From: a virus | Lineage: Duplodnaviria; Caudoviricetes | Reading direction: 5' to 3' (one strand) | DNA: 59,234 nucleotides | Virus record (IMG/VR): IMGVR_UViG_3300046451_001045 | Location: 1-59,234 of that record | Shown here: positions 46,599 through 56,774 of the stretch, one piece after another | Layout: each line of letters opens with the position of its first letter | Position numbering within the stretch: the first letter of the stretch is position 1 | Program-made: the position numbers and the translations under genes | The notes under the pieces: generated by a model | The model's database searches: none | Told to the model about the DNA's origin: nothing | What the model saw: only the letters and a program-made list of their open reading frames with translations

Positions 46599-46863
46599 TG
46601 AAATCAAAGCTGTAAAGTTACTTGGTGGGGAAGTTATCTTAGGAAAGGTTACTTCTTCTACTTTATCAAACTCTATTAGTATTGAAGAAGCTCAACTTTG
46701 TGTTGTCATGGTTGATGACGGAAAAATGGAAGTTAACCTTGCACCATGGTTACCATATGCAAGAGAATATAATTTTGTGATACCTAAATCTCAGATAATT
46801 ACAACCTTTAAGGTTAGACCCAATCTAGAGACAAATTACAAGATTGCAACAGGAAATAAATAA
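46591..46863 (+). CDS. Conserved hypothetical protein (Sm-like)
   Basis: KLLGGE.ILG, LAPWLPYA. Confidence 0.65.
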   Translation: MPSEIKAVKLLGGEVILGKVTSSTLSNSISIEEAQLCVVMVDDGKMEVNLAPWLPYAREYNFVIPKSQIITTFKVRPNLETNYKIATGNK

Positions 46864-47084
46864 TGGCAGATATATTAGGTGCATTAGTAAAGAAATACGA
46901 AGGTGACATTGCAGTACACACTGCAAACATCTCAGTTTATCAATCAAACCCAGCAGGTATAGGAGAACATCCCGATGTTGTCTCTGCAGTAGATGAACTA
47001 GTTGGTCAACTTGCAGATGCACAAGACAAACTCAAATCAGTAAAAGAATTACGACATCCCTCAAGAAAAACACTTGTAGAATAA
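46863..47084 (+). CDS. Conserved hypothetical phage protein
   Basis: NPAGIGEHPDV motif. Confidence 0.75.
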   Translation: MADILGALVKKYEGDIAVHTANISVYQSNPAGIGEHPDVVSAVDELVGQLADAQDKLKSVKELRHPSRKTLVE

Positions 47085-47108
47085 GACCAACTGTAGTATA
47101 ATAACTAC

Positions 47109-49622
47109 ATGGATTTCTATACAAACGTATGTCGAACTAGAGACAAAATTCTAGTAAAAGGTTACCAAGGTAAGAAACAGGTGAAGTTATCTGTTGCTTA
47201 TCGTCCTAACCACTTCGTAACCTCTAAGAAAAAGGATTCTCCTTATCGTTCTTTAGATGGTAAACCACTTGATGTTGTTAATCTTGACACCATGGGTGGT
47301 GCAAGAAAGTTCCGAGAACAATACAGTCAAGTAGATAACTTTGAGATTCACGGTTATGATAAGTATGTTTATACTTACATAGCTGATAAGTTTCAGGGTG
47401 AAATCAAATACGACCCAATGAAAATCAAGGTTGCAACACTTGACATCGAGTGTGAGTCGGAGAACGGATTCCCCGAACCTACACTTGCAGAAGAGAAAGT
47501 AAATGCAATCACCATCAAACCATTCAGACATATGGCACATACCTTTGGTATCGGCCCTTGGGATGCACCTGCAAATGTTCATTATTATGAATGTGTTGAT
47601 GAAGCACAACTACTAACTGAGTTCATTAAGTACTGGAGAAAGGAATCTTTTGACATTGTTACAGGATGGAATGTTGATGCATTTGACATGACGTATCTTT
47701 GTAATCGTGTAGATAAACTATTCGGTGAAGGACACCATAAGAAGTTCTCACCTTGGAATATGTCTGATGTAAGAGACTACACAAATAACTATGGTCAAAA
47801 GGTCATGGTGTTTAATCTCTATGGTATCAATATTCTTGACTATATGGAACTGTACAAGAAACATACATTCGTAAACCAAGAATCATACTCACTTAATCAC
47901 ATTGCACATGTTGAATTAGATAAAGCAAAGATTGATTATTCACAATATGGTTCATTACATACCCTTTACAAAGAGAACTATCCACTATTCTTAGAATACA
48001 ATGTCAAAGATGTGACACTTGTAGAAGACTTAGAAGATAAGATGGGGTTACTAGAACTCACATACTCAATGGCTTACAATGCAAAGTGTAACTTTGCAGA
48101 TACCTTTGGTATGGTTAAGTACTGGGAAACAATCATCTACAACTTCCTCAAAGAACAGAACATACAAACACCACCTCAGAAGTTGGATAGAAGTAAACAA
48201 CATTCTATTGTTGGTGCATATGTCAAAGAACCATTAGTAGGTAGACACAACTGGGTTATGTCATTTGACTTGAACTCACTCTATCCCCATATCATTATGC
48301 AACACAATATCTCACCCGAGAAAATGATTAAGGGTGGTCAGAGAATGGATGTTAATGTTCAGAAGATGTTGGATGGTGACGTAGACCTTTCATCACTCAA
48401 ACAATCAAACAGAACTGTAACACCTAACGGAGTAATGTTCACAAGAGACAAACAAGGATTCCTTCCCGAACTCATGGAGACTTTCTATGAGGAAAGAAAA
48501 CTGTGGAAGAAGAAGATGATTGAGTATCAGATTGAGAAAGAATCATGTGATGACCCAAAACGTAATAGGGAACTTGATACACTTATCAAACGTGCATATA
48601 ACAATCAACAGGTTCGTAAGATTGCACTTAACTCTGCATATGGAGCTCTTGCAAATCAATACTTTGCATTCTTTGACCCTAACCTTGCAGAAGCAATTAC
48701 TATGTCGGGTCAGTTGATTATTAAGACTGCAGAGAAATCTATCAACACATGGATGAATAAAGTCCTTTCAACAGAAGACAAAGACTATGTGATTGCAATG
48801 GATACCGATTCAGTCTACATCACTTTTGATGACCTAGTGTCAAAAGTGTTTCCCGAAGATACACCACGAGGAAAAATTTGTGACTTCTTAAATACTATTG
48901 CAATTGATAAAGTCGAAGGTGTTCTTGCAAAGGGATATGATGAACTTGCAGATTACACTAATGCATTCCAACAGAAGATGGAGATGGGTAGAGAGATTAT
49001 TGCAGACCGTGGAATATGGACTGCAAAGAAAAGATACATCCTAAATGTCTTGGACAACGAGGGAGTTCGATATGCAAAACCTAAGTTGAAGATGATGGGT
49101 ATTGAGACTGCAAAGTCCAGTACACCTCAGTGGGTCAGAAAGAAGCTTACAGAAGTGTTCGATGTAGTTATGAATGGAACAGAACAAGAACTTTGGGATT
49201 TCGTGGAATACACAAGAAAGGACTTCCGTAGACTTGCAGTTGAAGATATGTCGTCTCCAAGGGGTTGTAACAACCTCCACAATTACAGGGATGCATCTAG
49301 TATCTATGGAAAGGGTACACCAATCCATGTCAGAGGTGCATTACTTTACAACCATGAACTTAAAAAGAAGAATCTTGATAAGAGATATGAGGTCATTAAA
49401 AACAGTGATAAGATTCACTTCACATACTTGACTGTTCCAAATCCTATCAATGAGAATGTTATATCATTTGCAAATGTATTACCAAGAGAGTTTGACCTTC
49501 ATAGATTTGTGGACTATGATATGCAATTCAACAAGTCATTCATCGAACCTCTTAGAAAAGTCATCGATTTAATAGGGTGGAATACTGAACAAGTTGCATC
49601 ATTGGACTCCTTTTTCTCCTAA
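47109..49622 (+). CDS. gp43: Family B DNA polymerase gp43
   Basis: DIE exonuclease, SFDLNSLYP, K..LNS.YG, DTDS, KKRY. Confidence 0.98.
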   Translation: MDFYTNVCRTRDKILVKGYQGKKQVKLSVAYRPNHFVTSKKKDSPYRSLDGKPLDVVNLDTMGGARKFREQYSQVDNFEIHGYDKYVYTYIADKFQGEIKYDPMKIKVATLDIECESENGFPEPTLAEEKVNAITIKPFRHMAHTFGIGPWDAPANVHYYECVDEAQLLTEFIKYWRKESFDIVTGWNVDAFDMTYLCNRVDKLFGEGHHKKFSPWNMSDVRDYTNNYGQKVMVFNLYGINILDYMELYKKHTFVNQESYSLNHIAHVELDKAKIDYSQYGSLHTLYKENYPLFLEYNVKDVTLVEDLEDKMGLLELTYSMAYNAKCNFADTFGMVKYWETIIYNFLKEQNIQTPPQKLDRSKQHSIVGAYVKEPLVGRHNWVMSFDLNSLYPHIIMQHNISPEKMIKGGQRMDVNVQKMLDGDVDLSSLKQSNRTVTPNGVMFTRDKQGFLPELMETFYEERKLWKKKMIEYQIEKESCDDPKRNRELDTLIKRAYNNQQVRKIALNSAYGALANQYFAFFDPNLAEAITMSGQLIIKTAEKSINTWMNKVLSTEDKDYVIAMDTDSVYITFDDLVSKVFPEDTPRGKICDFLNTIAIDKVEGVLAKGYDELADYTNAFQQKMEMGREIIADRGIWTAKKRYILNVLDNEGVRYAKPKLKMMGIETAKSSTPQWVRKKLTEVFDVVMNGTEQELWDFVEYTRKDFRRLAVEDMSSPRGCNNLHNYRDASSIYGKGTPIHVRGALLYNHELKKKNLDKRYEVIKNSDKIHFTYLTVPNPINENVISFANVLPREFDLHRFVDYDMQFNKSFIEPLRKVIDLIGWNTEQVASLDSFFS

Positions 49623-49630
49623 ATAACCTT

Positions 49631-50119
49631 ATGACTAAATCATTTAATCAAAGTGAATTCCATGTAACTGTGACCAAAGTAGTAGACGGTGATACTATTG
49701 ACGTTGATATTGACCTAGGATTTTCAACAGTCCTTAAAAAACAAAGAGTTAGACTAATGGGGATTGATACGCCAGAGTCTAGAACAAGAGACCTAGTGGA
49801 GAAAATCTTTGGAAAAGCAGCTAAAGCAAATCTTAAGAAGTTACTTTCAGAAGGTGATGTTACACTCGTTAGCCATGACAAAGGAAAGTTCGGACGCATA
49901 CTTGGAGAACTTTTTGTCACAAAACACGACAACGAAGGACACCCAGTGTTCGAAACAGAAACAAGAGTCTCAGTAAATCAACAAATGATTGACCAACACC
50001 ATGCAGTACTGTACACTGGTGAGAACAAAGACACTACAGAAGCAAGACACTTAGAACATCGTAAACTCTTATTAGAAAACGGGACTGTCACCCAAGAACA
50101 GATAGACGAGGTTCTCTAA
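49631..50119 (+). CDS. Thermonuclease (SNase-like)
   Basis: VVDGDT, RVRL.GIDTPE, GKFGRILG. Confidence 0.93.
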   Translation: MTKSFNQSEFHVTVTKVVDGDTIDVDIDLGFSTVLKKQRVRLMGIDTPESRTRDLVEKIFGKAAKANLKKLLSEGDVTLVSHDKGKFGRILGELFVTKHDNEGHPVFETETRVSVNQQMIDQHHAVLYTGENKDTTEARHLEHRKLLLENGTVTQEQIDEVL

Positions 50120-50301
50120 TGATAATTTCCCTAATAGATTTATTCTATATTGGGATGATAATTATGATATTTTCCATGATGGCATATATGGAAGTTCAAA
50201 TACATACCCTCAAGACCATGATGGAAGAACATGTCAAAGTTGACGAGAAAATGTGTCAGATTGCTGAAAGATTAATCAAAGAAAAAACCAAAACTCTCTA
50301 G
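50119..50301 (+). CDS. Small membrane protein
   Basis: GAGG SD, N-terminal TM. Confidence 0.6.
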   Translation: MIISLIDLFYIGMIIMIFSMMAYMEVQIHTLKTMMEEHVKVDEKMCQIAERLIKEKTKTL

Positions 50302-50334
50302 ACAACGACCCCCTTTTTATTGTATAATACAATA

Positions 50335-51612
50335 ATGAGAAAACTAAACAAAGCTTGTACCTTACTACTAACTGCACTATTCCTTGCCTCTTGTGGAGGA
50401 GGGAGTTCCAATAACTGGACACCTGTAGAGACTGCCTCTACACCACCACCTCCACCACCTAGTGGTTGCACATCCAATTGTGGTAATGATACTACTTATT
50501 ATGGGGACTACAGTGATGCAGTCGAGTACATCATGCAAGATGGGTTCTATACACAGGCATTAGTAATATATAAGGATGGTGAACTCTTAAGAGAGGACTA
50601 CCGAGATATAACAGGGAACGAAGCAACTGCAGTAATTACAAAACAAACAGCACTTACTGAACAACAAATACAGGACTATTATGCCTATAATGACGAGTAT
50701 GACAAAACAGGTACTTGGTCAGTAACTAAGTCCTTTATGAGTATTTTAGTAGGTATTGCAATAGACAACGGATTCATACAATCATTAGAACAGAGGTCAG
50801 ATGATTTTATAACCGAATGGTATGGTAGAAGTCAAGGTCAGATGGTTACTATTGGACACTTGCTAGACCATAGAAGTGGTCTACAGGTTATGTGTTCTAA
50901 TAATTATTCTTCTTATGAATTCTTTGAATGCCAAGAAAATCCCGATGGTGGGACAATAACCTATCTTCATGACCAATTGTTCTCATGTATAAACCGAAGT
51001 TTGTATCCAAACGCATCCCCCCCACCATTTTGGAATTACGATAGAGATGGTTCATGGAAACAACAATCTCATATCTATAGTAATTGTGACAGCCAGATAT
51101 TGGGTGAAATTCTTACTCGTGCAACAGGAATGGATGTATCTGAATTTGCAGATAGATATCTATTTTCCCAATTGGGAATACAGGATGTCTTTTGGTGGAA
51201 AGATATGGCCGGCAACACATTATCGTATTGTTGTGTAGAGATTTCCGCAAAAGACCAAGCAAAAATAGGTCAGATGATATTAGATAACGATGGAAGTATC
51301 GTGAGTAGGGAATTCATTGATGGTATAGATACTTCAACAAGATATTCAAGAAGTTTTAGAAATACTGAGGGGTGGATAACGATGAATGGGTTTGACCTCA
51401 ACTTCATTCTGATGCATAAGGAAAAGAATATGGTCATTGTGAGGAGTTCATTATATGCAAGTGTTACAGAATATGATGGAACTCGTACAATAAATTATCA
51501 ACTTGGTACACCCGAATGGGATTCAAATTTTCCAGCATCACTACCAATGGGTATAGCAATGGAAGGAGTTGATGTAGACATGATGGGTGAATTAATATCA
51601 AAAATCGACTAG
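50335..51612 (+). CDS. Lipoprotein serine hydrolase, beta-lactamase/AmpC family
   Basis: Lipobox LASC, Pro linker, SVTK (SxxK), LL.HRSGL, YSN, LF..LGI. Confidence 0.85.
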   Translation: MRKLNKACTLLLTALFLASCGGGSSNNWTPVETASTPPPPPPSGCTSNCGNDTTYYGDYSDAVEYIMQDGFYTQALVIYKDGELLREDYRDITGNEATAVITKQTALTEQQIQDYYAYNDEYDKTGTWSVTKSFMSILVGIAIDNGFIQSLEQRSDDFITEWYGRSQGQMVTIGHLLDHRSGLQVMCSNNYSSYEFFECQENPDGGTITYLHDQLFSCINRSLYPNASPPPFWNYDRDGSWKQQSHIYSNCDSQILGEILTRATGMDVSEFADRYLFSQLGIQDVFWWKDMAGNTLSYCCVEISAKDQAKIGQMILDNDGSIVSREFIDGIDTSTRYSRSFRNTEGWITMNGFDLNFILMHKEKNMVIVRSSLYASVTEYDGTRTINYQLGTPEWDSNFPASLPMGIAMEGVDVDMMGELISKID

Positions 51613-51663
51613 ACAGAGTGACAATATAGTAGTATAATAGAACTTACAAACAGAGGATTAATT

Positions 51664-52725
51664 ATGAGTTTTTTAAAAGACCTAGTAAAGGCAAGTGGTA
51701 ATGAGTATGCAAGTATCGTCAATGATGGTGTTGCAGCTGGAGACGTTGATTCGTTTATAGATACTGGTTCACATATTTTCAATGCACTATTGAGTGGTTC
51801 ATTATATGGAGGATTACCATCAAACAAGATTACCGCAATTGCAGGTGAGTCTGCAACAGGTAAGACCTTCTTTGCACTAGGAATGGTAAAACAGTTTCTA
51901 GATGACAACAAAGATGCAGCCGTAATCTACTTCGAATCTGAATCTGCAATATCAAGAGATATGATTGAATCTAGGGGAATTGACTCTAAGAGAGTTGTTA
52001 TAGTTCCTGTAGTTACAGTGCAAGAGTTCAGAAATCAAGCAATTAGTATACTGGATAAGTATGCAGAAACCCCCCAAGCCAAACGTCCACCTATGATGTT
52101 CTGTTTAGATTCACTTGGTATGTTATCAACAACCAAAGAAATCGAAGACACTGCAGAAGGTAAAGAGACTAAAGATATGACTCGTGCTCAAATCACCAAA
52201 GGTGCATTCAGAGTATTGACATTGAAATTAGGTAGAGTCGGTGTTCCCATGATAGTCACGAACCACACATATGATGTGATTGGTTCTATGTTCCCTCAGA
52301 AAGAAATGGGTGGTGGTAGTGGACTCAAGTACGCTGCATCATCAATCATATTCTTATCTAAGAAGAAAGAAAAGGAAGGAACAGAAGTAGTTGGTAATAT
52401 CATTCATTGTAAGAATGCAAAGTCAAGATTGACTGTGGAAAACAGAATGGTTGATGTAAGGTTATCATATGAAAAAGGACTGGATAGGTACTATGGTCTA
52501 TTAGACATGGCACTTGCATTTGGAGTATTTCAGAAATCAAGTACAAGAGTTCTATTACCAAACGGTAAATCTGAATTTGGTAAAACAATTAACAACAATC
52601 CTGAAAAATACTTCACACCCGATGTGATGGAAAAATTAGAGAAAGTTGCAAATGAATATTTCCGATATGGTAGTAATATTGATGAAGGAATTTCAGAAGT
52701 AGATGATACCGATAACGATAGTTGA
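51664..52725 (+). CDS. uvsX: RecA-like recombinase UvsX
   Basis: [34 protein letters not shown]. Confidence 0.96.
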   Translation: MSFLKDLVKASGNEYASIVNDGVAAGDVDSFIDTGSHIFNALLSGSLYGGLPSNKITAIAGESATGKTFFALGMVKQFLDDNKDAAVIYFESESAISRDMIESRGIDSKRVVIVPVVTVQEFRNQAISILDKYAETPQAKRPPMMFCLDSLGMLSTTKEIEDTAEGKETKDMTRAQITKGAFRVLTLKLGRVGVPMIVTNHTYDVIGSMFPQKEMGGGSGLKYAASSIIFLSKKKEKEGTEVVGNIIHCKNAKSRLTVENRMVDVRLSYEKGLDRYYGLLDMALAFGVFQKSSTRVLLPNGKSEFGKTINNNPEKYFTPDVMEKLEKVANEYFRYGSNIDEGISEVDDTDNDS

Positions 52726-53356
52726 TAACTTTTTAGATGAACCCCATCAAATGGTGGAGTTCTCTAAACAATTAATTTTCACCCCCGAACCCGATGGTAG
52801 ATGGGCTGGTATTAGGTCACCCGAACTGCGTGACATAGACCCTTTCCTATATGACAACATAAACAAAAAGGTGATTGCACTATTCCATGACATGGAAAGT
52901 ATCGACCACACAGATGTAGATGTATCAATGACATTTCAAAAGATACCATCAACCCTCCATCATGGATGGGTGCATAACGATAATTGTTTCATGACTGGTA
53001 TTTTATATTTAAATGAAAACCCACTAGTAAATAGTGGAACTTCATTGTATACTAGTAAAGAAGGAACACTAATCAACCTAGACCATACAGAACAAAAGAG
53101 AGCGTCTAACCTTAGAGGTTCCATATCAGAAATTGAAATGGAAGTTCAAGAGGAACATAATAACCAGTTTGAGAAGACTGTTGATGTTAAAGGTAAATAC
53201 AATAGGTTAACTCTATTTCACGGTAATGTCCACCATAGTGCAAACAACCTTGGACTGGACAATGGTGAAGATAGATTAACTTTGGTAATGTTTTTTCATA
53301 GGGTGATTGGTAGAGAAATGCCAATTGATAGAATGAGAACAGTGAGAAAATTATGA
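52703..53356 (+). CDS. 2OG-Fe(II) oxygenase-like protein (DUF6445-like)
   Basis: IVDNF...P, W.G.RS, GWVHND, YLN...SGT, YNRL.LF...H, RLT.V.F. Confidence 0.8.
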   Translation: MIPITIVDNFLDEPHQMVEFSKQLIFTPEPDGRWAGIRSPELRDIDPFLYDNINKKVIALFHDMESIDHTDVDVSMTFQKIPSTLHHGWVHNDNCFMTGILYLNENPLVNSGTSLYTSKEGTLINLDHTEQKRASNLRGSISEIEMEVQEEHNNQFEKTVDVKGKYNRLTLFHGNVHHSANNLGLDNGEDRLTLVMFFHRVIGREMPIDRMRTVRKL

Positions 53357-54747
53357 CAGAACAGAGACGAATAGAGACAACCATATTAAAGAATTTAGTG
53401 CAGAGTGAAGAGTTTGCACGAAAGACTATTCCATTTGTAAAGGACGAATACTTTACTGAACCCGATGAAAGAATCATCTTTCAAGAAGTTAAAGCATACT
53501 TTGAAAAGTATACTAACATCCCAACTGCAGAAGCCTTACTGATTAATTTAGATAACAATTCGAAGATACCCGAAACGGTTCTGAAAAATGCAAAGACAGT
53601 TTGTTCAAACATTCAAAAAGACAAAGAAGAGACACCTCAGAAATGGTTGATAGACGAAACAGAACAATGGTGCAAAGATAGAGCAATCTATATTGCAGTC
53701 ATGGAGAGTATCGAAGTTATTGATAAGACCTCAAAAAGGTCTACAGGGGAAATACCCGAATTACTTAAAGATGCACTTGCAATATCATTTGACACACACA
53801 TTGGTCATGATGTATTAGAAGATGCAGATGCTCGATGGGAGTTCTATAATACTGAAGAAGAGAAGATTCCATTCGACTTGGAATACTTCAACAAAGTTAC
53901 TAAGGGTGGTTTACCGAATAAAACCTTGAATATCTGCCTTGCAGGAACAGGTGTCGGTAAATCCCTTTTCATGTGTCACATGGCATCTAGTCACTTGATG
54001 ATGAACAAGAATGTGTTATACATTACACTTGAAATGTCAGAAGAGAAGATTGCAGAGAGAATTGATGCAAATATTCTTAATGTTCCTATCCAAGATTTAG
54101 CAGGATTGAACAAGTCAATGTATGGTAAGAAGGTAGAGAAACTTAAAGGTAAGACTACTGGTAAACTTATCATCAAAGAATACCCAACTGCAGCTGCTCA
54201 TGTTGGACACTTCAGACATCTATTACAAGAGTTGGAAATTAAGAAAGACTTTAAACCCGACATGATATTCATCGATTACCTTAACATATGTGCATCTCAC
54301 AGGATTAAGCCTGGTGCTGGTGCAAACAGTTATACACTAGTTAAGAGTATTGCAGAGGAGTTGAGAGGACTTGCAGTGGAGTTTGATGTACCAATCATGA
54401 GTGCAACACAGACAACTCGTAGTGGTTTTGGTTCAACAGATGTAGAACTTACAGATACCTCAGAGTCATTCGGATTACCTGCAACTGCAGACTTTATGTT
54501 TGCACTGATTACATCTGAAGAGTTAGACGAGTTAGACCAGTTAGTGGTTAAACAGTTGAAGAACAGATACAATGACCCCACCGTATTCAAAAGGTTCGTC
54601 ATAGGTGTCGATAGAAGTCGTATGAAGTTGTACGATTGTGAACAAGAAGCTCAAGAAGAGTTAATTGAAAATACTAATTCATACGATGACTCCATCCCTG
54701 TTGCAGACAGAGGAAGAAGTTCAAAGTTTGGTGATTTTAAAATATAG
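53353..54747 (+). CDS. gp41: Replicative helicase gp41 (DnaB-like)
   Basis: AGTGVGKS, LEM.EE, IDYLNIC, ATQTTR, SESFGLP, KNRY. Confidence 0.97.
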   Translation: MTEQRRIETTILKNLVQSEEFARKTIPFVKDEYFTEPDERIIFQEVKAYFEKYTNIPTAEALLINLDNNSKIPETVLKNAKTVCSNIQKDKEETPQKWLIDETEQWCKDRAIYIAVMESIEVIDKTSKRSTGEIPELLKDALAISFDTHIGHDVLEDADARWEFYNTEEEKIPFDLEYFNKVTKGGLPNKTLNICLAGTGVGKSLFMCHMASSHLMMNKNVLYITLEMSEEKIAERIDANILNVPIQDLAGLNKSMYGKKVEKLKGKTTGKLIIKEYPTAAAHVGHFRHLLQELEIKKDFKPDMIFIDYLNICASHRIKPGAGANSYTLVKSIAEELRGLAVEFDVPIMSATQTTRSGFGSTDVELTDTSESFGLPATADFMFALITSEELDELDQLVVKQLKNRYNDPTVFKRFVIGVDRSRMKLYDCEQEAQEELIENTNSYDDSIPVADRGRSSKFGDFKI

Positions 54748-54756
54748 GAGAAAGAA

Positions 54757-55329
54757 ATGACAAATAGAGAAATTTTATTAGCAGATGGATGGACTCCATT
54801 AACCCAAAAAGGGTTTGGTGACCATGCAGAAATTGATTCAAGATTAGAGAAAGGTGTATCATGGGATGATGCAGGACAGAATGTAGGAAAACTAGACCAA
54901 GAGATGGAACCTGCATTCTATGTATGGACAAATCTAAATTGGCAGTTTCCCGATGATGTAGGATTTTCGGGTTGGAAAGTTATTGACAAACATCTTTCAT
55001 GGGCGAATGAAATAAGTTGGTGGCATTCTACACAATTACAAGCACCTTACACTCATTGTGGAGGCCCTTTCAGAGCTGCATGTGCAGATTATGCTATGGG
55101 TGGATGTGCATTATTTCAACAACAAAAATTCTGTCCCACAACAAAGTTAGAAATAACTTATGAGGGTGCAATTAAAGTTGGAGAAGTTCTTGAAACACTA
55201 CAGACAAGTGTAAAGGTAATAGACGAAGGTCGTACATTGGTGCAAGAAGGTATCCAAAGAATCTATGGAACAGACACTATTATTGGACATTTTACAAGTA
55301 CCCATTATATACCTAAACCTAAAAGTTAA
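54757..55329 (+). CDS. Putative hotdog-fold (PaaI/thioesterase-like) protein
   Basis: HCGG....ADYAMG, T.KLEITY, EGRTLV pattern. Confidence 0.55.
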   Translation: MTNREILLADGWTPLTQKGFGDHAEIDSRLEKGVSWDDAGQNVGKLDQEMEPAFYVWTNLNWQFPDDVGFSGWKVIDKHLSWANEISWWHSTQLQAPYTHCGGPFRAACADYAMGGCALFQQQKFCPTTKLEITYEGAIKVGEVLETLQTSVKVIDEGRTLVQEGIQRIYGTDTIIGHFTSTHYIPKPKS

Positions 55330-55366
55330 TAAGATAAATGACCTAAATAGTATTAGGTTAAACATT

Positions 55367-55543
55367 ATGAGTAAATTTTTGAATCAAACAGACGTTATTG
55401 ACATTCTATCAAGGAAGATAGAAGTCAAAACTATGTTACGCGATGCAAAAAAAACTAAAGATGTATGCAAAATCACAAGTCTAACTACAGAATTGCATGA
55501 TATCGAGTTAAAACTCAAGTCCACGCCCTTATCAAAAACATAA
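55367..55543 (+). CDS. Hypothetical protein
   Basis: Late element upstream; ATG at 55367. Confidence 0.5.
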   Translation: MSKFLNQTDVIDILSRKIEVKTMLRDAKKTKDVCKITSLTTELHDIELKLKSTPLSKT

Positions 55544-55574
55544 ATAGTAGGTAACTTAACAGGAACCTACTTTA

Positions 55575-56774
55575 ATGGCAGTCACAAACGTACATTTAGA
55601 ACACCTAGAAGACGAAATCATCAACAATGGTATTGCAGGTGGTCGTGCATCTATCAACTTCCTGAGAGAACTTAGGGACATGTTAAAAGGACATGCAACA
55701 GGTAGAGTCAAGATGACTGTTAAATGGGATGGTGCTCCTGCTATATTCTGCGGGCCACATCCCGAGACTAAAGAATTCTTTGTTGCAAAGAAATCCCTAT
55801 TCAATAAAGAACCATTATTCTACACATCCGAACAACAAATCAAAGATGCACCCGAACTTAAGGGTAGTTTAGAAGAGAAGTTTTTAACATCATTTAAATA
55901 CCTATCCAAGATGGGAATGAAAGAAATCCTACAGGGTGATTTGATGTACACTAACGACAAGTCTAGTGAGACGATAGATGATAAGAAGTATCTCACATTT
56001 CACCCCAATACAATCTTATATGCAGTTCTTGAAGGTTCGAAACTTTATAATGAAATCAACTCAACGAAAATGGGTATCGTCTTCCACACAACTTATTCAG
56101 GGTCTACTATAGAATCACTAAGTGCATCGTTTGGTGCAAATGCACCCAAGTCTACATCAGATGTTTGGACTGATGATGCAACATACAAGGATGTGACTGG
56201 TTACGGAAACATGACTGCAAAGGAAACACTTCAGTTAACCAATGCACTTACTTCGACTGGTAAAAATTTCCATGGTATAACAAACAAAGACCTTAAGAAG
56301 TTTAATGATGTTCAAAATGTTCTCAACAGTAAAGGAGCTGCAGGTGCATCATACAAGACATACACTAATACACTTGTCCGTGCAGGTAAGTGGAACCCTA
56401 ACGGAAAGGACTACCTCACCCATGTAGAGAAATACTGGAAAGATAAGATAGTTGCAAAAGTTAAGATGCAGAAGACTAAAGACATCAAGATACAGATTGG
56501 TAAGGATGTTATGAGAGACTTAAACTCCATCAAAGTGATGATTGATAACCTTGCAAAATTCCAAGGTGGGTTGATAGAGTCAAAATCCCTTATTGTTACA
56601 GCACTAAATAGAGTAAAGAGTATTGGAACCTTCGTGAAGGTAGATAACGGATTTAAAGTAGTTAATCCTGAAGGATATGTTGCAATCGACTCAGACGGAA
56701 GTGCAGTTAAATTAGTTGACAGGATGGAATTCTCTATGAATAACTTCAACGCTGCAAAAGCATGGGACAAGTAA
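55575..56774 (+). CDS. Conserved T4-like protein (DUF6267-like) with ligase-type nucleotidyltransferase motifs
   Basis: HLEHLED, TVKWDGAPA, QGDLMY, PEGYV, VKLVDR.EFS..NF. Confidence 0.75.
   Translation: MAVTNVHLEHLEDEIINNGIAGGRASINFLRELRDMLKGHATGRVKMTVKWDGAPAIFCGPHPETKEFFVAKKSLFNKEPLFYTSEQQIKDAPELKGSLEEKFLTSFKYLSKMGMKEILQGDLMYTNDKSSETIDDKKYLTFHPNTILYAVLEGSKLYNEINSTKMGIVFHTTYSGSTIESLSASFGANAPKSTSDVWTDDATYKDVTGYGNMTAKETLQLTNALTSTGKNFHGITNKDLKKFNDVQNVLNSKGAAGASYKTYTNTLVRAGKWNPNGKDYLTHVEKYWKDKIVAKVKMQKTKDIKIQIGKDVMRDLNSIKVMIDNLAKFQGGLIESKSLIVTALNRVKSIGTFVKVDNGFKVVNPEGYVAIDSDGSAVKLVDRMEFSMNNFNAAKAWDK

Noticed and set aside
50335-51612. Antibiotic-resistance beta-lactamase call
   Set aside because: SxxK/YxN motifs are shared by many esterases and peptidases; no canonical KTG motif is evident.
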